This document shows positions 18,263 to 25,521 of a stretch of 34,230 bases of DNA, piece by piece. The notes beneath the pieces were generated by a model. That model did no database searches and was not told where the DNA came from. It saw only the letters and a list, made by a program, of their open reading frames with translations. The stretch comes from Phototrophicales bacterium (lineage in GTDB: Bacteria; Chloroflexota; Anaerolineae; Aggregatilineales; Phototrophicaceae). Made by a program: the position numbers and the translations under genes. Every line of letters begins with the position of its first letter. The first letter of the stretch is position 1. The DNA lies in assembly GCA_002794515.1 (NCBI GenBank), contig PGTJ01000001.1, positions 1-34,230 of the forward strand, written 5' to 3'.

Positions 18263-19082
18263 GCGCAACGGATGGAGTGTTCTCGCCGACATCATCACCG
18301 TCATCCTCAGTTTGATATGGGTTGCCCCGTTGTTTTTCGCGCTGTTGATTAGCATCCGCCCGACATCTGACCCGCTCGGCACAGGCAATATTTTCTTTGG
18401 TCGGACGATCACGCTGGAAAATTATCAACGCGCCCTCGAACTTGCCCCCTGGCAATGGCATTATCTGACCAGCATTTTGGTGGTGGTCGGGGTGTTGGTG
18501 GTACAACTCATCACCATCACCATGGCAGGGTATGCCTTCGCACGCATGAAATTTTGGGGGCGGAATGCCCTGCTATTCATTTTGCTCATTCAATTGATGA
18601 TACCCAGTGGGGTATTGGTGGTGCAAAATTTGAACATCATGCGCCAAATCAATTTGTTCGATACCCGTTGGGCGTTGATGATGCCCTATTGGGGGTCGGT
18701 ATTTGGGGTATTGCTCATGCGCCAAACCTTCCGCGAAATACCACCCGAACTCGAAGAAGCGGCACGAATTGACGGGGCGAATTTATTCCAGATTTTGCGA
18801 TTTGTCTATATCCCGCTCTCCATTCCGACCTATGTCGCCTTCGCGTTGGTCTCGGTGAGCGCCCGTTGGAACGAATTTTTGTGGCCCGCGATGGTCACAC
18901 GTACCGCCGAATCGCGCCCTGTGACAACTGGCTTGAGCCAATTATTCTCTGCAACAGAAGCAGGCACGAATTATGGACAATTGATGGCGGGGACAATTTT
19001 GGTCGTTGCGCCATTGGTGGTGTTGTTCATCTTTTTTCAACGGCGCTTCATCGAGAGCTTCGCGTCTAGTGGGCTAAAATAG
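18255..19082 (+). CDS. ABC transporter permease (MalG/UgpE type)
   Basis: GGAGG at 18243-18247. ATG 18255 overlaps the upstream stop (ATGAATAA). EAA loop LEEAARIDGANLFQILRFVYIPL. Confidence 0.85.
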   Translation: MNKRNGWSVLADIITVILSLIWVAPLFFALLISIRPTSDPLGTGNIFFGRTITLENYQRALELAPWQWHYLTSILVVVGVLVVQLITITMAGYAFARMKFWGRNALLFILLIQLMIPSGVLVVQNLNIMRQINLFDTRWALMMPYWGSVFGVLLMRQTFREIPPELEEAARIDGANLFQILRFVYIPLSIPTYVAFALVSVSARWNEFLWPAMVTRTAESRPVTTGLSQLFSATEAGTNYGQLMAGTILVVAPLVVLFIFFQRRFIESFASSGLK

Positions 19083-19183
19083 AGGGGCAGTTTTCATCAA
19101 TATCTATCCGCATTGCGGGATAGGTGGAACTGTTGATATAATCTGACAGAGAGGGCATAACACCCCCTCTGCCAAATCATCAC

Positions 19184-20188
19184 TCATGGGATGACGGGGA
19201 TAGGCAAACGCCCTAAGTTGCGGATTGCGCCCGCATCGGCTTTGAACCAGCCCTCGACCAAGACATCCCCACATACAGCTTGTACCAAATACCAGCTGCT
19301 GTCGCCAGTCCTGCCCAAAATGACATATTCGAGATTGCCTGGCAATTGGCAGATGGTCGCGCCCCGTTCTGATGGCGTGGCACGTAACGGGGTGGTAATC
19401 CACAAGAAGAAGCGTGGGGGCAAAATTTCGCCTTGTGCTTCTTCTGGGCTTAAAATGGGGACATTGTTCAAATTGCCCCGCACCAGCACCAAATCGCCAT
19501 TAATCCAACCACGGGTCTCGTCCACCTCGACAAACCACCAGGTACGGGCTTCATTCACACCCAATACAATCAATTCTGTGCCACCATTCACCCGTGCGAC
19601 AATCGTATAGCGCACACCATCACCACTACGTAAATTGGCGCGGAAGGTATTGACAATCAGATACCCTTCATAATCTCTGCCGATATTTTGTGGATTCGCC
19701 ACCAGGGGCGAGGATTGATTGATGGCAACCGATGGCGATGGCGGTTGAATGGGCGGGAATGGCAGGGGTGTGAGGAAGGCAGGGAAGTTATCACATGTGC
19801 CTTGCACACTATACACGGGTTGTTGTGGCAATCCATTGCCCGCCGAACTAACCACATAAACGGTGAGCGGGTTGGCGGTTGGGGCGGTTGTCCAACGGAA
19901 TGAGACACCATCGGTGATATATAGCCCGCCACCAATGATGAACGACTCGGCAACGGGTCCAAAAATGATTTTGCCCGTGCCGTCAGTGGCATAAATCACC
20001 AATTCTTCGCGCCCAATGCCGGTGTTATCACGGGTGAGGACGAATCCACCGCCATTGCTCCGAAAGCCATCACAAGTCACTGTCCAACTGGCTCTATCGC
20101 GCTCCGCCGCGCCCGCTACAAAGGTGTTCATCAATACCACCACACCAATCATCAACAGGATGCGCCAACGCCCATCTCGCAAAAACAT
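19184..20188 (-). CDS. Secreted or anchored protein: unknown ~150-aa N-terminal domain, P-rich linker, two SH3b domains
   Basis: Leader WRILLMIGVVVLMNTFVAGAA. SH3b-like ANLRSGDGVRYTIVARVNGGTELIVLGVNEARTWWFVEVDETRGWINGDLV and PLRATPSERGATICQLPGNLEYVILGRTGDSSWYLVQAV..EGWFKAD. Confidence 0.7.
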   Translation of the reverse strand: MFLRDGRWRILLMIGVVVLMNTFVAGAAERDRASWTVTCDGFRSNGGGFVLTRDNTGIGREELVIYATDGTGKIIFGPVAESFIIGGGLYITDGVSFRWTTAPTANPLTVYVVSSAGNGLPQQPVYSVQGTCDNFPAFLTPLPFPPIQPPSPSVAINQSSPLVANPQNIGRDYEGYLIVNTFRANLRSGDGVRYTIVARVNGGTELIVLGVNEARTWWFVEVDETRGWINGDLVLVRGNLNNVPILSPEEAQGEILPPRFFLWITTPLRATPSERGATICQLPGNLEYVILGRTGDSSWYLVQAVCGDVLVEGWFKADAGAIRNLGRLPIPVIP

Positions 20189-20417
20189 ATTCTTTGCCCT
20201 TTCTCAGATACAAAATGTTGCCAAAGTAATATTTATCTACCCTAATCATGCGCTAAAAAGGCATTTTTAGCAACTTATTGCTAACAAAACGTTAGATAAG
20301 ACTTGGCTTGATAAACCATGAGAAAAACTACCATCCATCAGCGAAATATGCTACTATGATAAAAAAAGGTCATATAACTTTTCGCCCAATGTTCGGATAT
20401 GCTGGTTATGTTAGTCC

Positions 20418-21092
20418 ATGAAGATGATTGTGATTATCTGCATTTTATTGATGATGATAACAGGTTGTGCGCCTTCATCTGAATCCGATGATGGTGCGCG
20501 TGTTATTGCCACACAACCACCCACACTCACGACCACCACTGACATTGTCACCCTGACCATCGAAGATATAACCCTCACGTTGCCCTACCCCAAAGAATGG
20601 GAGACATATACAACTGAATATGGTGTTGTGTTGGCGGAATATCTGGGGTCGGTGGCAACAGAGGGGCAATTGGGTGGCATTTTGATTCACCTATTCGTGC
20701 CACCACTGGCGGAAATGGATTTACCCGTTAGTCAGGATGATAACCGCGCCATGAGCATTTTGCGCGAGATTTTATCGCATCCCAATTATGTCGGCACGGC
20801 AACCGTCAGCGACCTGCGCCCATTTTTGTGGGATGGTTTGGATTGCGCCTATTATCTGATGGATAATGGCGAGGGCAACTTGACGATTGTCATCGGCATA
20901 TTCGATGCCACCAGCAACAAACTGGTGACGGTCAGCATGAGCGCCCCGCAAGATCAACAAGAACGCATCCGCACCGCATTGCCGATTCTTTTGGATGATT
21001 TGGTGATTAACAACCAACAACTATCGGGCATGGTACTCGATGCGGTGTTGCCCAACCCACTGATATTCCCACGACATACCCGCGCATCGTGA
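20418..21092 (+). CDS. Lipoprotein of unknown function
   Basis: Lipobox MMITGC after a hydrophobic leader. No motif recognised. Coding-like composition across the full 224 aa. Confidence 0.6.
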   Translation: MKMIVIICILLMMITGCAPSSESDDGARVIATQPPTLTTTTDIVTLTIEDITLTLPYPKEWETYTTEYGVVLAEYLGSVATEGQLGGILIHLFVPPLAEMDLPVSQDDNRAMSILREILSHPNYVGTATVSDLRPFLWDGLDCAYYLMDNGEGNLTIVIGIFDATSNKLVTVSMSAPQDQQERIRTALPILLDDLVINNQQLSGMVLDAVLPNPLIFPRHTRAS

Positions 21093-21149
21093 GATCATCA
21101 TCGTCAAAATCTTGTTTTGGATATAACATGTTGTAATGGCATCTTTGTG

Positions 21150-21177
21150 TTGGTCATCGTCACATTTGTGTTATAAT
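21150..21177 (+). promoter_or_regulatory. Candidate promoter of the small-protein/VanW operon
   Basis: TTGGTC (21150-21155), a 16-nt spacer, and an extended -10 TGTTATAAT (TATAAT at 21172-21177). AAGGAG RBS precedes ATG 21222. Confidence 0.4.
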
Positions 21178-21221
21178 CCGTGTGTGGATGACACTTCTTT
21201 ATGGATGCAAGGAGTTAGGGT

Positions 21222-21503
21222 ATGTCTGCAACATACGACAAATTGAAAGCATTGCTCGATACGCAAAAATCGCTGAGTGATGAAGATATTACCAAAGCCA
21301 TCACCGAAAGTGGCGAAATGACCGATGAAGAAAAGATGAAACTCGAAGCCGACCGACTCGAAGTTGCCAAGTCAACAGCGACAGGGGTTGTGACGATGGA
21401 ACAATACCTAGAGGCGTGTAAAGTATTAGATACCGCTGAAGAAGGGTCTGAGGAATATAAGAAAGCCGAAGCCCTTGTGGAGCAATATGAGAAAGGTCAA
21501 TAG
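21222..21503 (+). CDS. Small acidic, predicted all-helical protein of unknown function
   Basis: Strong AAGGAG RBS. 93 aa rich in E/K/D. Its TAG stop is immediately followed by the ATG of the VanW gene. Confidence 0.6.
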   Translation: MSATYDKLKALLDTQKSLSDEDITKAITESGEMTDEEKMKLEADRLEVAKSTATGVVTMEQYLEACKVLDTAEEGSEEYKKAEALVEQYEKGQ

Positions 21504-23387
21504 ATGACGACCTATCCATCACAAGAACGCTTTATCCCCTATCCACAACCCCAGCCAGAAGATCCCATCGGCATTAATCCGTGGTGGGTTCGCCTGCCCA
21601 TCCTCGTGGTGACGGGCGGTGTGTTGTTGGTCTTGGTGCTGATTATGGCGCTGGCGAGTTTTCGCCTGAGTTACGTTGATCGCATCACGCCAGGCGTTTA
21701 TGTGAATGGTATTTCGTTGGGTGGCATGAGCCAATCAGAGGCGGTGAATGCCCTCTCGCAATGGTTCACCTACCCCAATAGCACCGTGTTCACCTTCCGT
21801 CATGGGGAGCAAATTTGGCAATTCACGGCGGGCGAATTGGGTGTCTCGTTTGATGTCGAAGGCACAGTGGCACAAGCCCTCGCGGTGAGCAACAATCCAT
21901 CGGCGATACGCGCCTTATTCGACCAAGCATCGGCATGGTTCAGTGGCAAGGCAATCGCCCCAATTTTGCGCTACGACCCCAATATGGCATATCAAAAATT
22001 GATGATGATTGCCCAACAAGTCAACCGCCCGCCCCAAAATGCCCATCTGGAATTGCGCGGGACACAACTCATCACCGCCCCTGCCCAAATGGGATATACG
22101 ATGGATGTGGATGCGACACTCGCCCGTTTATCGCCTTACCTGCAAAATTTATATGGCGGTGCAGAATTGCCCCTGGTGGTACATGAAACCGCACCCGCAC
22201 TGGCGAATATAGAACCGATCGCCCAGCAACTGGCGACGGTGTTTTCTGCGCCCATCCAACTCACCGCGCAAGGGATGAATGGCGAGATCTTGGGTCCATG
22301 GACGATTAGCACCGATCAACTCATGGCATTAGTCCGCCTCGAATTAGTGGATAATGGCGATGGCACATTCACCTACGCCCCACGCATCGATATGAGCGCC
22401 TTCGCCCAATCGCTCGAAGCGCTCGCGCCTGGTCTGATCGGCTTGCCCAAAGATGGACGGTTTCATTTTGATGATGCCACGGGGCAATTGGTCATGATTC
22501 AACCATCTGTATCGGGGCGGTCGCTGAATATACAAGCAACATTAGCCGCGCTCGAAACCGCCGTATTCAGCCCGACCAACCGCGTTGTGCCGATGGTGTT
22601 CGATTATACGCCTGCACGTTATCATGATCAAATCACCGCCCAAGAATTGGGCATCACGCAGATGGTCGGCGAAGCCACCACCCTATTCACAGGCTCTGGT
22701 GCGAATCGGGTGCATAATATCATACAAGGTGCGAGGCGTTTTGATGGTATCATCCTCGCCCCGGATGAAGAATTGAACTTCAACGCCATTTTGGGCGATG
22801 TATCGGTCGAAGCGGGCTTTGTAGAGAGCAAAGTCATTTCGGGTGAACGCACAACCGATGGCATCGGCGGGGGCATTTGCCAAGTCAGTACCACGCTGTT
22901 CCGCGCCGCGTTAAATGGTGGCTATTGGATTAATGAACGCAGTGGTCATGCCTATCGGGTGGGCTTTTATGAATTAAACTCGCCACCAGGGTTAGATGCC
23001 GCCATCTGGACACCCAGCCAGAATTTCCGTTTTGTGAATGATAGCCCCTATCACCTGTTGATCGAGGCGGAGGTGTTTCCTGAACGCAACGAAATTCAAT
23101 TCCGTTTATATAGCACCAATCCCGGACAGGTTGTGGAAATTTTGCCACCGACCATCCAAAACGAAACTCCTGCCCTACCACCTCGTTATGAGGTGAATTA
23201 CGATTTACGTCCTGGTCAAATTATTCAGGTGGACTGGGCGGTGAGTGGTGCAGATGTGACCACCGTGCGCCTCATCAAAGACCTGAATGGCAAGGTGATC
23301 CGCACCGATCGCGTCTTCACCCACTATCAACCGTGGGGCGCGATTTATCAGGTTGCGCCCGGCGATGCCCGCCTGAATAGCCCATAG
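21504..23387 (+). CDS. VanW-family protein (membrane anchor, peptidoglycan-binding-like repeats, VanW domain)
   Basis: TM span WWVRLPILVVTGGVLLVLVLIMALA. VanW signature GGGICQVSTTLFRAALNGG. Confidence 0.8.
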   Translation: MTTYPSQERFIPYPQPQPEDPIGINPWWVRLPILVVTGGVLLVLVLIMALASFRLSYVDRITPGVYVNGISLGGMSQSEAVNALSQWFTYPNSTVFTFRHGEQIWQFTAGELGVSFDVEGTVAQALAVSNNPSAIRALFDQASAWFSGKAIAPILRYDPNMAYQKLMMIAQQVNRPPQNAHLELRGTQLITAPAQMGYTMDVDATLARLSPYLQNLYGGAELPLVVHETAPALANIEPIAQQLATVFSAPIQLTAQGMNGEILGPWTISTDQLMALVRLELVDNGDGTFTYAPRIDMSAFAQSLEALAPGLIGLPKDGRFHFDDATGQLVMIQPSVSGRSLNIQATLAALETAVFSPTNRVVPMVFDYTPARYHDQITAQELGITQMVGEATTLFTGSGANRVHNIIQGARRFDGIILAPDEELNFNAILGDVSVEAGFVESKVISGERTTDGIGGGICQVSTTLFRAALNGGYWINERSGHAYRVGFYELNSPPGLDAAIWTPSQNFRFVNDSPYHLLIEAEVFPERNEIQFRLYSTNPGQVVEILPPTIQNETPALPPRYEVNYDLRPGQIIQVDWAVSGADVTTVRLIKDLNGKVIRTDRVFTHYQPWGAIYQVAPGDARLNSP

Positions 23388-23561
23388 GGGACACGATGCC
23401 AATTCGCTATCCGCATAATCTCTTTCGGGGGATTAACCCGATGCTCAAACTCATCACAGGGGGCGCATAGCTTTCATACGGTGCATATCACCGATTTGAT
23501 GAAATTGCTCCGCAAAGGATTACAGGATATATAATGAATATCGTGGTGTTGCAAAATGCAA

Positions 23562-23590
23562 ATCGCCATCGATATTGAGCCGATGGCGAT
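23562..23590 (-). terminator. Probable rpoD terminator hairpin
   Basis: Perfect 10-bp stem ATCGCCATCG / CGATGGCGAT with a 9-nt loop, 52 nt downstream of the rpoD stop on the minus strand. It is followed on that strand by TTGCATTTTGC. Confidence 0.45.
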
Positions 23591-23641
23591 GGGGATAATG
23601 GACGAATTTCACCTATTGGGCGTTGCACCCATACAGACGCA

Positions 23642-24751
23642 TCACAGATAGTCGCGCAGATGACGGCTACGGCGGGGATGACGCAAGCGCCGCAATGCCT
23701 TGCCTTCGATTTGACGAATGCGCTCACGAGTCAGTCCGAATTTTTCGCCCACTTCTTCGAGTGTATAACTTTTGCCATTTTGCAAGCCAAAGCGCAAGCG
23801 CAAGATTCGCGCTTCACGCGGGGTCAGCGTGGCGAGGAGCTGTTCGATTTTTTCGTGTAATAATTTATCGTGGGTCAGTTGAGCAGGATTGGGGATGTTA
23901 TCATTTTCGATGAAATTGCCGAGTTCGCTATCTTCGTCATCACCGACAGGTTGTTCGAGGCTGAGGGGTTGCCAGCTCACTCGGAGCATCCACTGAACTT
24001 TGCGTGGCTCCATGCCCATGGCACGGGCGATTTCGTGAACATCTGGCTTGCGCCCATTTTCTTGCTCCAATTCGCGCACCACCCGATACAAACGGCGTAT
24101 TCTATCGGTCATGTGGACAGGCACGCGGATAGTTCGCCCTTGATCGGCAATAGCGCGGGTGATGGTTTGGCGGATCCACCATGTGGCATAGGTGCTAAAG
24201 CGAAAACCACGCCGATAATCAAATTTTTCGACCGCCTTCATCAAACCCAAATTACCTTCTTGGATGAGGTCTAAAAATGGCACACCCCGATTCATATATT
24301 TTTTGGCGATGCTCACCACCAGGCGGGTATTGGCGCGAATGAGATGGTCACGGGCATCTAGCCCTTGTTGCATAAGGATATACCACTCGCCAGCACGAGG
24401 ATGATTGGGGTCTTTCCAATATTTTTTACTGGCGGATATGCCCAATTCGAGGCGCTTGGCGAGTTCCGCTTCTTCTTCATTACTCAGCAGTGGCACACGC
24501 CCCATCTCTTTGAGGTATAAGCCGATGGTATCACTCGATGCGAGTAAGGCGATTTCGTATTCTTCATCCATATCATCCTCAAATTCATCGAGGTCATCGC
24601 CAAATTCACCACCAGCAAAGTCATCATCAAAATCAAATAAAAAATCTTCATCAAAAAAATCTTCGTGATGGTCATCGTCATAAAACGAGTCATCTATTTC
24701 GAGGTCAAAACCATCATGAAAATCATCATCTTCTGTATATCGATTTACCAT
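23642..24751 (-). CDS. rpoD: Primary RNA polymerase sigma-70 factor (RpoD/SigA) with a hyper-acidic D/F-rich N-terminus
   Basis: AAGGGGA RBS. Region 1.2/2 [57 protein letters not shown]. Region 4.2 [30 protein letters not shown]. Confidence 0.92.
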   Translation of the reverse strand: MVNRYTEDDDFHDGFDLEIDDSFYDDDHHEDFFDEDFLFDFDDDFAGGEFGDDLDEFEDDMDEEYEIALLASSDTIGLYLKEMGRVPLLSNEEEAELAKRLELGISASKKYWKDPNHPRAGEWYILMQQGLDARDHLIRANTRLVVSIAKKYMNRGVPFLDLIQEGNLGLMKAVEKFDYRRGFRFSTYATWWIRQTITRAIADQGRTIRVPVHMTDRIRRLYRVVRELEQENGRKPDVHEIARAMGMEPRKVQWMLRVSWQPLSLEQPVGDDEDSELGNFIENDNIPNPAQLTHDKLLHEKIEQLLATLTPREARILRLRFGLQNGKSYTLEEVGEKFGLTRERIRQIEGKALRRLRHPRRSRHLRDYL

Positions 24752-24778
24752 AATAACTTCCCCTTATGATGTATCGCA

Positions 24779-25282
24779 TTATTTTTCTAATAAGGTTTTG
24801 AGAATTGCCAAGCGCGGGTCGATGGCATCATCGGAACACGAACAAGTCTCGTAATTCCAATTCGCGCCACATTCAGGGCATAAGCCCTTGCAATCGGGTT
24901 TGCATAATGCGCGATGCGATTGTTCAATGAGGGCTTCGGCACGCAATAATGCGCCTAAATCGAGGACGGCATCCTCACCAATACGAAATTCGGTCTCGGC
25001 GGCGCTATTGAAGGCGAATAATTCTTCGATATCGAGGGTCAACACATGTTGAATGGGGTCGAGACAACGAAAACAAGCATCATCAAACGCGGTTTCGAGG
25101 TGCGATTGTACCAAAATGCCCTCTTTGGTACGGCTCATCCGCAAATTGCCCCGTATATAATTTAGGGTGATCTCATCGGAAAGTTGCACATCGGGGAAAT
25201 CGAGCATAGAGTCATTGCTTGTACCAGAACTGGCATGAAGCAAGAATCCGACATTCATTTTAAGAACACGATTATTCATCAC
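24779..25282 (-). CDS. DUF177 (YceD-like) protein
   Basis: Characteristic C-terminal Cys cluster CKPDCKGLCPECGANWNYETCSC and N-terminal NVGFLL. The start is ambiguous (GTG 25282, ATG 25279 or ATG 25258). The stop lies 27 nt upstream of the rpoD ATG. Confidence 0.75.
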   Translation of the reverse strand: MMNNRVLKMNVGFLLHASSGTSNDSMLDFPDVQLSDEITLNYIRGNLRMSRTKEGILVQSHLETAFDDACFRCLDPIQHVLTLDIEELFAFNSAAETEFRIGEDAVLDLGALLRAEALIEQSHRALCKPDCKGLCPECGANWNYETCSCSDDAIDPRLAILKTLLEK

Positions 25283-25452
25283 AAGCCGCCTCTATCATGA
25301 TATAAATAAAGAGGTTCAGGGTAACATAAACTTAACAAATATTTACGTTACATTCGGATTATATGGAGTTTTTTCATCGAATGTCAAGCAAATTGAGCCA
25401 CTTAAACCAAAATTCAACGAAAAACAAAGACAAGTAGTAGAGAAAATGTAGT

Positions 25453-25481
25453 TTATCCAAAACACACAATCATGTTACAAT
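25453..25481 (+). promoter_or_regulatory. Candidate promoter of the Ser/Thr kinase gene
   Basis: TTATCC (25453-25458), a 17-nt spacer, and an extended -10 TGTTACAAT (TACAAT at 25476-25481), within an AT-rich 239-bp divergent spacer. Confidence 0.35.
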
Positions 25482-25521
25482 ATAAGGGCAATTATTAAAT
25501 AATCCAAAGGTCTGCTCTGTT

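Noticed and set aside
19100-19170. Imperfect hairpins (CTATCCGC..GCGGGATAG and CAGAGAGGG..CCCCTCTG) as terminators between convergent genes
   Set aside because: Both stems contain bulges and neither is followed by a T-run on either strand. They are too weak to annotate with confidence.
23582-23650. 22-codon ORF MAMGIMDEFHLLGVAP.. resembling the start of a J-domain
   Set aside because: It is too short, has no RBS, and overlaps the rpoD 3' end on the other strand. The resemblance covers only about 8 residues and is probably chance.
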